From Felis catus (taxonomy: Eukaryota), in contig NC_058368.1 of NCBI RefSeq assembly GCF_018350175.1, positions 154,878,001 through 154,942,000 of the forward strand: a stretch of 64,000 nt of DNA, in the 5' to 3' direction. Numbering within the stretch: the stretch's first letter is position 1; the number at the start of each line of letters is the position of its first letter. The notes beneath the pieces were generated by a model, which ran no database searches, was not told the origin of the DNA, and saw nothing but the letters and a program-made list of their open reading frames with translations. The position numbers were made by a program, and so were the translations under genes. This document shows, in pieces, positions 27,701-40,069 of the stretch.

Positions 27701-27872
27701 TCTAAAAAACAATCTTCACAGGTTGGTTTGATAATACTTCACAAACAGATTTTTTAAGTGCCTAACAGGTTTTCTTTTATAATTTGCAGTTGGTACAAGA
27801 AGATTTAAAATGCGGCTGAAGCATTTCATTATGGCCAGAAATGTTAAAATAGTTCAGACTGTCCTGACCTAC

Positions 27873-27919
27873 TTCATCCTCCAGTTCACGGACACTAACG
27901 GTGATTTGTCAGATTTTAA
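27873..27919 (-). other. Candidate 47-nt internal exon (exon 2)
   Basis: Acceptor ctcttatcatttcatttctacag|TTA; donor GAA|GTAGGT; only phase 0 is open: LKSDKSPLVSVNWRM+AA. Confidence 0.45.
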
Positions 27920-28682
27920 CTGTAGAAATGAAATGATAAGAGTCCATATTCATGAGCATTGTTAATTTCTCTACAATTTCAAATATTTGTTACAGGTGCC
28001 TTTTGTTTTGTTTCTTTTTAACAGAAATTGTTACTGCATCCAGAAATATCTCAAGTCGTGTATTTAAAAGCTGTGTTTTATTTGCTGAGATTTTAATATT
28101 TTGATTTACCTCGTTTTGGAAAGCCATAGTTGGTCCTCTCTCCTGGACTCATATGCCATCGTTGCCTCTTGAATAAAGCTGCTAATTGCATGCAGGAAAT
28201 ATTAAAACATGATTATGATTTTGCTAAAAGAATAAACATGTCAAGTGTCAACAAAATATTATAAGTCTGTTGTGAGTCAAAATAGATTGCTTAAATTGGT
28301 TCCTTGCCGTGCCTGTTTGAGAAAGTGAAGAAGATACACCTGTTATATTAACACATTCACTGTGCACCAAGGCTGCTCATCTTTACCACAAACAAATAAA
28401 GGTTTTGGGTCCTCTTGCAATTCTCAGGGCAATCTGACTGACTCTGGCACCTCTCTAATCAAATATATCCACATGATATTATAAGCTGCATTATAGTACA
28501 TTAATAGCATGTAAAGTAAAATTGATGCAGCATGATGGACTGTATTCCTGAAGCAGTGACAAACTTATCAATGATAGATGCACTAATGGATATGTTGAAT
28601 TGCAATAAATATAAACGCAGAACAGCAATTGTAGAGCATTAAAAATGTCATCTTGTGAGTTTAGGTATTTATGAGGCTGAGC

Positions 28683-28840
28683 CAGCTGGAAACACGAGTG
28701 GTGCATTCCTACCATGCACTGCAACTCTGAGGTTCCAAGGAAAGCAGAGACCCTTTCATCAAATAGGTCAGGCCGCCGGCAAATTGTTGTCACAGCTGTG
28801 CCATTGTCAATTAGGCCTCCAATGACTCAGCCCTTTGTTT
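28683..28840. promoter_or_regulatory. Candidate enhancer (dense motif cluster)
   Basis: E-boxes CAGCTG (28683, 28793), TEAD CATTCC (28704), RORE-like AAATAGGTCA (28761), SOX CCATTGT (28801) and CCTTTGTT (28832), AP-1 TGACTCA (28823). Confidence 0.45.
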
Positions 28841-30269
28841 TTTCCTGCTTGCACATCTCACCCCACCCCACCTTCTCTCCGGGCTTGGGTGCTTCACTCC
28901 TGCAACCTTTCCAGCACATTTCCCCTCAGTGACTCTCTTCACATGTTCTGATTCATCTCCCAGGCATTGATCTAAAACTCAGAGCAGTGACATCAGGGAA
29001 GCATCTCAGCTACTTCAAAAGGCACTGCTATTCCTTGTGGGCTATTTTGGCATGTCAAACTCAACGGGCCAAGCAGAAATGCTCCACGGTGTTACACATT
29101 TGCCTCTGATGTGTCTGCCCAACCTTCCTGAACCCTAAAGATTTTGTTTAATGTCAGCAGAATCCAGCAGGACAGTGGTGTCCAGCGTGCAGTGGGGAAC
29201 AGAGCTCCTCACATGGTTTTCCATCACGCTCAAGCAAGAACCACAGCACGAGGACTGAGTCACAGACACACCGTGTGTTACAGGCAGAAAGGGAGTGGAC
29301 TTAGAGGTATGTTTCTTGAGAGCTAGTGGTTGACGATAGAATTTTTTCAAACATACTGGTGTGGTGGATGAAGGAGATGGCGATATTTTTGTAGGTGCCA
29401 ATCTCAATTTCAGGTCTGATCGTGGAATGTGTTATAGTTACCCAAATATGCTCCTTTCATTTCCTGGGCTTTCATCTGCACCAAATGTTTTCATCAATTG
29501 GTGCAGATTTGTTGTCAGCATATTTAAGTAAATTACTCAATACTTTTTGGAATCAGGTGTCACAACATACTCCTGATGTGAATAGAAGATTGTCCAACTG
29601 AGGTTATTTTAGAAGATTGCTAGATTTGCAAAACAAATTAAAAAATATTTAACAATTATAATTCAGCTTAATATGAGGATAACTTGGTTGGTTATTATTG
29701 ATCCTGTTTATCATCACAAAACCACGATAACTAAGCTCTGTATTACATTTTAGCAGCACGTCTCTGTCATTGGTTATTCAACAAAGGTAAACACCACCAG
29801 TGACAACACTAATGAGAAAAGCAATATACAACATGACAAAATAAAAGTAATGCCATGACATTTTTAATCTGAACATGATATCCCTCATCTAAAAGCCTAG
29901 ACACATCAAAAAGGAATCTTAGAAACCTGACCCTTCCATGTATCTCTGGTTGGTGGCTTAATCAATTGTGAAATATGCAGAAATCATGTCAGCCTTTAAA
30001 TCAAACTTCAATACAATGCTAAAACTCACTAAAACTTGTGTGAATAATTTTGATTTTTTTTAAATAGCTAAGACAAAAAATCAAGGCCTTTTCACGCCAA
30101 AATGGCAAATGGAAGGGAAGTGCGAAAGAAAATTGTGAGAGTTAAAGAGTTTTATTGGAATTCCTCCCACTATTACTAATCTTCAAATGCAGTTAAACAA
30201 GTCTTTATTAAACATAAGTTAAAATCCAAGCAACTTTTTAACGATAAAAAAAGTCATCATCCACTGTGT

Positions 30270-30660
30270 GAATATTCATTCATTGGATATCTATTATGCG
30301 GCAACCGAGGGATAGAAAGAGAACAAGCAAGAACCTATACTCATAGGATCTTATGCTATGCCAAGGTAATGGAGAAGAGAAAAAAAAAATTTTAACGTAA
30401 ACAATAAAAAATATTAGCTATTGGTGAGTACAATGCAATGCAAAGAATTAAAATAGAGTCATGTCAGGTGAGTAATGAGTTGCCTTCTTTACTGTGGTCG
30501 GGAAAAGCCTCTCTGAGGAAGTTGATATTTAAGTTGAAAATTACAAATGATGACAAGAAGTCAGTCATGTGAAAATAGAGGGAGAGCATTTCAAGTAGCA
30601 GAATAGTTGGTGCAAAGGTCTTGAGGTAAAGACAAGTATGTCAAAAAGAAGGCCAATTTG
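30270..30660 (-). mobile_element. L2 fragment
   Basis: ggtcgggaaaagcctctctgaggaagttgatatttaagttga...gtgcaaaggtcttgagg. Confidence 0.7.
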
Positions 30661-30787
30661 ACAGAACCATCGATTCTTGGAGTCAAAATAGTTTTACTCT
30701 AATTATGCCATTTTTCTTTAAAGAACTTAGCTCTTTATCAAAGATGAATAAGTCACTGCCACAGTATGTCTCAATCTCTTCATAAAT

Positions 30788-30788
<1 letters not shown>

Positions 30789-30826
<38 letters not shown>
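30789..30826. repeat. (GT)n microsatellite
   Basis: Direct reading. Confidence 0.97.
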
Positions 30827-30827
<1 letters not shown>

Positions 30828-32030
30828 GCTTTTCCTTCAGCGGCTATCTGTCAAAGTCTTAGTCACTGTCTCTTATACTTGTCTCTGTTTTTTTTCCTCT
30901 TGAATCGCCTTGAGTCTTGAGCCACGTTGGGAGCTGACTCTACTCAAAGGCCAGTTCTCAGCCTTAAGGACACCTAGAAGGATAAACAGCCGTAAGGACA
31001 TCTAGATAGGTTAACTTGGGAATATAGAAACCTGATTCAGAATAGACAAGCCAGGATGCTCTGGGCATACTGGCTCCCTAAAAAAAGAGGAAATCCTTAA
31101 GTCTGTCTTTTCCTGGTCGATTTCTGTAGCTTGAGCTAGCTGAGACAAGAAGCAGCCTTCACTTAGGGGTACACTAGAATACATTTACAACATCAGAATT
31201 GTCATCAAGGGCATGACAGGAGATATGAGCCACATGTTCTTTGAATACAGTTCTGTTCCTTGGAAAGAATTTGTAGCTTGATGAATTCCTTGTTTGAAAG
31301 TCTGATAAGTAAATCTCTGTTAACTTAGTGATAGTATTGCTGCCTTTTATATATCCCTAGATTTTAATGAAGTCATTAAATTCATTTTTAAAGGAAGATA
31401 AAGCCAGCTACCAACCCTGACCTTGAGTGCCTCATTGACAACCACTTTTCATATAATAGAAAACATAACTTTGAATGACAATTTTAGTTAATTTTTTCTC
31501 TGGAAAAAAAAAAACCAATAAGTTAACTTCAATATGACTTAGAGACAGTCTTTCAAAAGTGACAGTTTGGGAGATCCCACAGTGGGGCCTAAAGGCTCTT
31601 TCCTGTGAGGATCCTCCCACTGAAATGTGTCAGAGAAAGCAAATGACCAGAGGATGGTCTCTCCATTATTTTCTGAAGCCAGTTCATTTTTCTTCCTAAA
31701 AATGAAATAGAATCTATACAAGCTCCTCCAAGTTGCCTACATATACCACGTGGTCTAATTTGTTTAGTATATTCAAGTATTCACAAAGATTAAGCCTCTA
31801 CTATGTCTCAAGGATTATCCCAGTTCCTGAAGTCGTAAAGCAGTAATTCACTACGTAGCTTCATTTCCCCAAAGAGTACACTTTGAATTCAAAATATTGG
31901 TATATAGTAGACCTTCAGTCAATTTTGTTAAAAATAAAAATAAACAATCCTTAGTACCTATGTGAGTAGATCATAAAGAATAAAGGAGAGAAGGAAAACT
32001 AATACTTTTATCGGAAGGTTGTGTAGTTTT

Positions 32031-32246
32031 GGGGCACCTGGGTGACTCAGTTGGTTAAGCGTCCAACTTCAGCTCAGGTCATGATCTTGTGGTCCGTGTT
32101 CGAGCCCCGGATAGGGCTCTGTGCTGACAGCTCAGAGCCCGGAACCTACTAAGGATTCAGTGTCTTGCTCTCTCTCTGCCCTTCCCCCACTCACGCTCTG
32201 TCTCTTTCTCTCTCTCAAAAATAAATAAACATTAAATTTTTTTAAA
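32031..32246 (+). mobile_element. Can-SINE (SINEC_Fc type)
   Basis: ggggcacctgggtgactcagttggttaagcgtcc; TSD aaggttgtgtagtttt/aaggtggtatagtttt. Confidence 0.95.
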
Positions 32247-33444
32247 AAGGTGGTATAGTTTTATTCTAATTTATTCTTATTCTGGTATAACTCACAGCCA
32301 TAGCAGTTTACTTCGGGGTTGTGATATTTTCATCCCCAACCGGCTTGTGACACAACTGTTTTTCATAGTAAGTATAGGACCAGCAAGGAAAACCACTGGC
32401 AGTAACACAGCTGCCTGACAAGTTGAGGGCTAAAACAAGACTTAGGAAACTAACAGCGCAGAATCTTGGTTCGCTGTGCCGTGCTGAGGATACAGAACCT
32501 GAAAAGTGAGGCTCTGAGCAGCCTCACATCTACATGGCTGGCAAGAGAAAGCAGGGGCCGATGAACAGCAGCTAGCCCAGAATGAGCAAAGCGGCCGTGA
32601 GTGCAGGCCTGTAATGAGCTGTTTTTCCTCTTCTGCGGTTCTAGTTGTGAGAGCAGGAGCAGAGCCCCTGACGAGTGCCAGAGAGAGGAGAGGGCAGGAA
32701 AGAACCTGGAGACAGAGGCCCTTGCTGTAGTCGGCAAACAGTTTTCTTTTTTTTTCCCCCCCCCAAGGTAAAGAAAATTCAAAACTGGAGCTTCTAGAAG
32801 CACCAATGGTGCAAAAGGGATCTTACTGTCCTCCGCATTTGCTTATTCAAAATTATGCAAACCACATTACATCCCAATTCATATTCAAAATGTCAGAGTA
32901 ATGTGAGACTTTTAAGGAGAGTCTTGTAAGGCAGCTTAATTATTTCCATAAACATTTTCAATTCCTTCATAACAACACTAATTGTCTAATAAAATATTTT
33001 GTGTAGTAATCTGATATCCTAAGACCGCATCTTCACATTCGGACTGATATAATCATTCTAAAGACCATTATAATCTTGACTTCTAAGCACAAGTTCCAAT
33101 ATAACCTCTAAGAGAAGAGCAAATGGCGAAGATCCAGAAGTTTCTTATCACCACCTCAGTAATTCCTCAGGCCAACTAGTATGATAAAAAACTTCAACAA
33201 AAATAATCCATTTCTTCACTGCCAATGTGTGCTTTTTAAAAATGATGTTTAAAATTAAAAACACCACAGCTGGTTCGCTTACTGCAGCTCAGCGGCATAA
33301 AAGATAAAATAAGAGTGGCCATGCTTACCTTACCTTTCCTGGGTTCTTGTGTTTATGTCAGTACCTCTGCGTGGCATCAGTACCCAGAAGACAAACACAT
33401 TCACAAAAGGAGAAGAATCACTGCTCCCTGCCTGCTCCCCAGAA

Positions 33445-33920
33445 CATTCATTCAACCTATTAACATTTTTTATGCGCCTTCTAGGTGACAGAAATTATAC
33501 TAAATTCTGAGTTAATGAAAAAAAGATATAGCCCCTGTTTTCAAATAGTTCACAGTCTTTTGAAGGAAATGACAAGCTGACAGACTGGAAAACTAGAGCC
33601 AAGGCAGACCTATGCACAGTCCTGAGTCTGCAGAGGGGGTGAAGGTGGGATCAGAAAAGTCTTCCTGACAGCTTGAGCTAAGTGTTGAAGGTTAAGTTGG
33701 AATTAGCCAGGTGGGAAAAAAGAGGAAGGGTTTTAGGCAGAGGAACAAACTTGTGCCAAGATTCAGAGGTGTGAAAAACTGTGAGGAGGGTGAGAGAGGA
33801 GACTTGTGGTCCCTGGTAGGAAATGTGGGTCTTCAGCCAAAGGTAATGGAGTGTCACTTTGGGAAAGTAACAAGATCAGATTTCCACTTTCTAAAAGGTG
33901 CCTCTGGTGGCCTGCATGGG
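33445..33920 (-). mobile_element. L2 fragment
   Basis: cattcattcaacc...ttgagctaagtgttgaagg...aggcagaggaacaaacttgtgccaag. Confidence 0.65.
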
Positions 33921-34029
33921 ATGCAATAAAGATGCCCCAAACTGGACAAGCAAGAATCCAGATAAAGCCCTGGAAAAGTCTGAATTTCTGCAGACATTTA
34001 TCATCACCGTCATCATCGCCATCACCATC

Positions 34030-34245
34030 ACTAACATTTGTGAGGGGTTGCAATATGATAAGTACCATATATACATTATCTTACTTGATTCACACAATAA
34101 TAATAGTGCCATTATTATGTCCATTTATGCCCTAAGAAAAGTGGGTAAGAGACTTGCCCTCACAAAGCAGTAATTGGCAAAGTTATGACTGAAACCAAGG
34201 AGGTTTGATATTAGCGTCCCATGCTTAACTACAACCCCACATTGC
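34030..34245 (-). mobile_element. MIR
   Basis: ctaacatttgtgaggg...attattatgtccattt...gacttgccc. Confidence 0.6.
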
Positions 34246-36756
34246 TGCCCGTGATTTACTGAATCTGAACAGTAGTTGAGTTACCAAGTTCTGGGTAGAG
34301 ATGTATCACTTTTTTGGGATATAAAGCACTCAGGTTCTAGGTAGGCAGGGAGGGGGTTGTGTCCACTCTTAATAATCAGAGAACCTCAAAAATCATGTGT
34401 CCTCCATCCCTATATACTCAAGAGACAAAAAAAAAAAGGAAAAAAATATTCAAAACCATGTAGTACAAGAACATGTTTTGTGACCAATATATGAAGGTTA
34501 AACACATCGGACTCCCAACTAGAAACCTAATAAAGATTTTATCTGAAAGGAAAACAAAAAAAAGGCAAGAATAATCAGTTGCTCTCTTTCCTCACAGACC
34601 TCTGAACTACTATTTTAATGACCCAGATTTTATTCCTAATAGTTGTATGTTTCTTTAATTCCAACTTGTTCCCTCTGACTAACCCATTCCCTATGAAAAG
34701 AATGTTATATTCATACTCTTGTGCATATGTTACCTTATCAAAATATTGACTATTGAACTTAGTATTTTATTATTTTGAAAAGATATGATGATAGTGCTCT
34801 ATAATAAGCACATTTTATTTGAAGTGACAGTTTCCAGACCCATTCATCCAAGCAAGAACTTCATTATTTCTGGCAAAGATCCCAGAGAGAATCTCCATAA
34901 CTCAAAAACTTGAATATCACTTTTGTTGGGGACCAACCATTGTAATAGTGCCAAAAGTGCTAGAAATACACATACTCCCAAATCAATCTTAGGAACAACA
35001 ATGGATACAGCAGGTAAGAATCTAATTTCTTATTTCAAATACACTCTGTTTAGAGATATATCCTTATACTCAGGAATAAGACTTTGATCACAAACAAAAC
35101 ACAGTATTTGTAGATCTCCAATAGAATTTAAGTCTACATTTTACGGCATAGAAATTCTTTGTCCTTTTCTACACCTAAAATTAATCTATTCCGTGTTTTT
35201 TAAAGAACCACAAACCTATTTAATGAAAACACCGGAGTAGAGTAAATAATGCTCATTTCAGCCCTTGCTAAATTAAACAAAATTTTCAGATACTAAAGCA
35301 CAAATAAAATCAATGTACTAAGAGTCCTTAATTATAATATTAACATGATACTCCCTATCGCTATTACTTGACTTTGTTAAACTTAAATTCATATTTGTGA
35401 AATAATATTTAAGTTTTGTTTTTCAAATTATTTTGAAGCCGAAGGGATAAGTTAGATGCCATGTAATGGACTGTAAGCCCTTTGAGAACAGGGACCATGT
35501 ACATTGATTATTTCATGGCTAGCCCAATAAGGCCCTCCAACTAAACAGTGCTTGCTAAATATTGGTTGAATGAACAAGTGAGTGGAAAAATTAATGAAAT
35601 AATGAAATAAAAAGAATTTAAACAATATCTTGCTAATTCAGACAAAATTGGTTTTTTGTTTTGTTTCATTTTGTTTCGTTGCAGGGCAGGAAGGAAGATT
35701 CAAAAGCCTGGGTTATTGAACTTAATTGTCCATTATAATTGAATTCATAGAATAACTTGACTTAAATTCACAAGATAATTTCTTTCCAATTACAGACACA
35801 ATCATCTGATATGGGCACAGTGCCAGCATGAACACTGGATCACTGTGATCACTCAGAACTAGCTCTGTTTTATTTGATTTCCTATTCTTTCCCAGCAGAT
35901 AAAATTATTTCTTGTTTAGAATTGATATGTATGACTCCTCATCTCCGATTCTCCAAGCAATCAATGGGTTAAACAAAATGTCTTTATTTTGATCAAGACA
36001 AAATAAAATTGAATTAAACTATGTTTAATCCAATTTCTGATCAACAATTTCTTATCACTGTCATAGGTTTAAAAACATTTGCTAACTTGGGATGAAACAT
36101 ACCTTCTTACATGTTTATTTTCCTGACATTTAAAGAGACAACTCTCTTTCTGACTTAAAAATCTGAAAGAAAAAATGTATAATGTTTATCTTGTAGTCTA
36201 GGTAATTAATCTGTGATCATTTTTAATCTGTGATATTTTTATTCTACCTTTATAATCAACATTTTTCTCTTAAGAAGGGAAAAAAATAAGCCAGTCACAA
36301 AGGAAATGAGGAATAATTACTGTTAATAAACACAAAGTGGTACTATATAGGAACATAGGTCAAGGAATAAACTAATATCTACTTAGAATCTTAAAAATTA
36401 AAGTATCTTTTCCTGACATGATTCCAGGAACTTCATGAAATATTTGTCCCTGTCACTAACTCTTGCAACTTTCATGGTTGTGTGGTTGTTAATTAGTTCA
36501 CAGCATAGCGTGAACTTAATTCTCTACAGGCAAATACTCATGAGTCCATCTTGACCACTTTTTACCCAGCATTTATTTGGAAGAAATGAGTAAAAACAGT
36601 GCATTAATAGATTTCCTATAAATAAATATCTTGGGTATTTTCACCAACTCCAAATATTAAAGTTTTCAAAAAAACTTTCCAAAACACGTAAATTACGTCA
36701 TTGTCTTTGAATTATGGAAAATTCTCAGAATTCAATGCAACAAAGTTTAACTTACC

Positions 36757-37002
36757 TTAAAGAGATTTGTTTTCATAAACTCTTTTTCCCCTGACCTCGG
36801 TTCTCCAGCTGAAGGCAATGCAGAGACTTCCTCTCTTCTCTTCCTCTTCCCTGAGACTCAGTGGGTTGAAGGGTCCCTCTCTGTCTGTGATAAGCGCTGC
36901 GGAAGACTCTCCGAGTTTGTCTTCACTCCTGATGCCACACACCTTTTCTTGGCACTTCATCTGGTCCCAAGGGAAAATTCCTGCAGAAATTTCCTTCTCC
37001 AT
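36757..37002 (-). CDS. Hypothetical 81-aa ORF in candidate first exon (MEKEISAGIFPWDQ...YENKSL*); product unknown
   Basis: ATG in strong Kozak context (GAGATTATGG); stop TAA 1 nt before a consensus donor AAG|GTAAGT at 36756/36755; no recognised homology. Confidence 0.3.
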   Translation of the reverse strand: MEKEISAGIFPWDQMKCQEKVCGIRSEDKLGESSAALITDREGPFNPLSLREEEEKRGSLCIAFSWRTEVRGKRVYENKSL

Positions 37003-37053
37003 AATCTCTTGACAGATGGCTGTGCTGGCAAGAGCCTTAACTCTTAGGAGCAC

Positions 37054-37117
37054 TTTAATAGGCTTTTATTCTCCCGCACTGCCTCCTCACAGGTTTTATT
37101 TTTTAATGGCACATTGG
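37054..37117 (-). promoter_or_regulatory. Candidate core promoter (CCAAT plus TATA-like)
   Basis: CCAAT at 37117-37113; AATAAAA at 37070-37064 and TATTAAA at 37060-37054, about 55-65 nt upstream of the ATG. Confidence 0.35.
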
Positions 37118-37452
37118 TTGATGCCTCAATGTCCCAAAGGGCCAGAGCATCACTGTCCCCTTGTAGGACTTTAAGCTACTCTGCTTTTCTGTTCTTGATT
37201 TCCATAAATTTGCAAAGCTAGTCTCCTTTTAATATTTCATTATTTTTCTGCCTCTATACCTTGAGGCAATGGGAAAAAAGACTCAATTGTTTAAAGTGCA
37301 AACTGAGTAAATATTGAGCTGTTTAAATACAAATAAAGTGATTTTGCATGGGCATTGATAAGGTTGTAAACCAGAAAAAACAAAATCGTCCAATTATCAG
37401 TGTTCTTGACATGACACATGTTCCTCCGATAAATGCCTTTCGTGTGTAATTT

Positions 37453-37465
37453 CTCTCTCCCTCTC

Positions 37466-37519
<54 letters not shown>

Positions 37520-37544
37520 CCTCCTTCCTTCCCTCCCTCCCTCC
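37453..37544. repeat. (CT)n/(CCCT)n polypyrimidine microsatellite
   Basis: Direct reading. Confidence 0.95.
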
Positions 37545-38559
37545 ATTTTTTTCTCTCTTCAGCCTTTCTGGGGAAATAAAAAAGAAACATACTCTGAAAT
37601 TAGAAGGTCAGTTGTCACCTAGAGGATGTCATGTAAGATAGTAAACAGAATACTTATTTCTCAATTCTATCATCCTTATCCTTGAACATGATGAAAATAG
37701 AGATGATTCAAAATAGGATAGCAGACTAAAATGCCTGTAACTTTAGGCAAGGAATTTGAGCTAGGTATAAGATAAGGAAGGAGTGGTGTGGACTGTCGCA
37801 AACTGGAGCAAGTGTGTCCATTTCCAAAGGACAGTGGCCACTCATCTCCAACCAGTCACTGTCTGGTGGGAACTTGAACTGCATTATGAGAGTTATCTGT
37901 TTTTCAAGAGAATCCCCATATCTGGATTTTTATGTGTTTTTAAATGTTACAGGATACAATGGGAACTAACCCCCACACCTGTGGCCCAGCCACAGCGTGA
38001 GTATTGCCATATAATGTCTTCTGATGTAGAATAAACTGAAATGAAATGCAATGCATTTTGCAAAGCACTGCCCTTTATTAATTATGAACTCTTTTCTCAT
38101 ATGTGAAAGTGATAATAACAATGTAGACTAGTTAATTCAAGCAAGAAAGAACCCTATAATTATCTTTATTAAAGACCTTAGGAAGGACAATTAGCCAAAG
38201 AACCAATAAGTGGTGTGGGCAAAAAGTAGCTCAAATCTGGATGAGAAGGACAAGGTTTACTAAAAATAATAATAAAAAGTAATTTAATGAAGACAGAGTG
38301 AGAAATTTGATTTTATTCTGTTTTATCTGGATCTCTTTCTCATTACCTAGTACTAATATGTGTAATAATTTTTTTTTCTAATTGTACAATTCATGTCAAT
38401 GAAAGCTCAAGCAGAAAAAAGAGGTTTTTTTTTTAATTCTTACAATTCTATCACTAGTAAAATATTAGTTTAAACCTTCCGGAAATTGTCTATATATACA
38501 CATATACATATTCATATGTGTACAGATTTTATATACATGTATTTCTGCCTTACATACAT

Positions 38560-38960
38560 ATTTGCCTCTCTTTATAAAAATTACATATTGACTATATTAT
38601 TTGCTACATACTAACAACATACTAATATGTTATCAGTCTGTTTTTTCATGTAATACTAAATATAGTATTGACTTTTCCCTGTTTTGATAAATAATCTTCC
38701 ACAGTGTGATATTTAACTGGCTACATTGTCTGGATATAACATAACTTACTTGGCTTACCCCCTATTACACGGTAAATTTTCTGATTTTTTCTTTACAATA
38801 AAGTATCTCTAATTAACAACTGTTCCCTTAACTTTGTGTGTATCTATTATATCATATCATGTCAAAATATATGCATATTTCCCTCCCAAAGGTTGTACCA
38901 ATTTACAATCCTACAACTATGATAAGTGAATTCATTTCCCCTCCTCATCAAAATTGGGTA
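38560..38960 (-). mobile_element. Old L1M fragment
   Basis: cccaaaggttgtaccaatttacaatcctacaac L1 motif. Confidence 0.6.
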
Positions 38961-39265
38961 TAATCTATTTTAGGCAGAATATAGATCACATAATATTCTA
39001 AAACTTATAAAAGAAGTCTTAATTTCAGATATACCAGCTGAATTACTATTTTCCTTAATGTTTTTTCTCGTGATTAACTGGAACAATAAATTTATCCAGA
39101 GCTCCACAGAGTCACAAAAAAACTAACACAAGGCAATGGGAACCAACCAGAAAGATGTCTGTGGCCTCACAGCTAAAGTACTTGGACACCTGCCAGCAGC
39201 AAAGGGCCTCTCCCTTTTTGGGTCTCTGATACCTGGTGATAAACGATGCTTCATGCATTGGCACT

Positions 39266-39717
39266 TGGGATGGTTAATTTCATGTGTCAGTTTGACTGGG
39301 TCACTGGGTGCCCAGATATTTAATTAAACATTATGTCTGGGTGTGTTTGTGAGGGTGTGGCCCAAAGAGACTAGCATTTGACTCAATAGACTGAGTAAAG
39401 CAGCTTGTCTTCCCCAGTGTGGGTGGTTATCAGCCAATCCACCAAAAGCCAGACTAGAACAAAAAGGAAGAGGAAGGGAGAATTCATTCTTTGTGCCTGA
39501 CTGTTGAGCTGGAACATCAGTCTTCTCCTGTCCTTGGACTAGACCTTCAGGCTTGGACTGGAACTATACTATTGGCTTGCAGCTTACAGGTGGCAGACTG
39601 TGGGACTTCTCAGTCTCCACAGTCATGTAGTCAATTGCTCATGCTAAATAAATCTATCCATCTCTGTCCCTGCAGATGGACAATGATAGAAATCCTATTG
39701 GATACCTGGCCAATACA
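39266..39717 (+). mobile_element. MLT2 (ERVL) solo LTR
   Basis: tgggatggttaatttcatgtgtcagtttgactggg...cctattgga...aataca; TG...CA ends. Confidence 0.88.
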
Positions 39718-40069
39718 GTATTGATTAAATTGGGAAAGTGGGGGAGTTTGTGAGCTGTTAAACCCTTTTCAATAAATAGACTTTTAAAATCAAGGACTGA
39801 TTGTGACATACATAAGTCTGGGAAGACAAATGTAATGCTAACACTAGCAGGCATTGCAGCTTTATTCAGAGTGCAAGAAACATAGAATAAAACATTCTAG
39901 ATATTCTAGATAGAAACATCCTTTTATAGGATATGATTTTGGAAAGACCTACTTGGCTCAGTAGTTGCCATGCACTGGGTCCTTTATAACTGTTCTCAGG
40001 AGCTCATCTATCCCTGCTCTGAGAGAGCTCAATCATCCCTCTGTGAGACATGATTCCTCTCAGTGGACC

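Noticed and set aside
29474..29508. Perfect 11-bp inverted repeat ATCTGCACCAA...TTGGTGCAGAT as a pre-miRNA
   Set aside because: The stem does not extend; 35 nt is too short for a Drosha substrate
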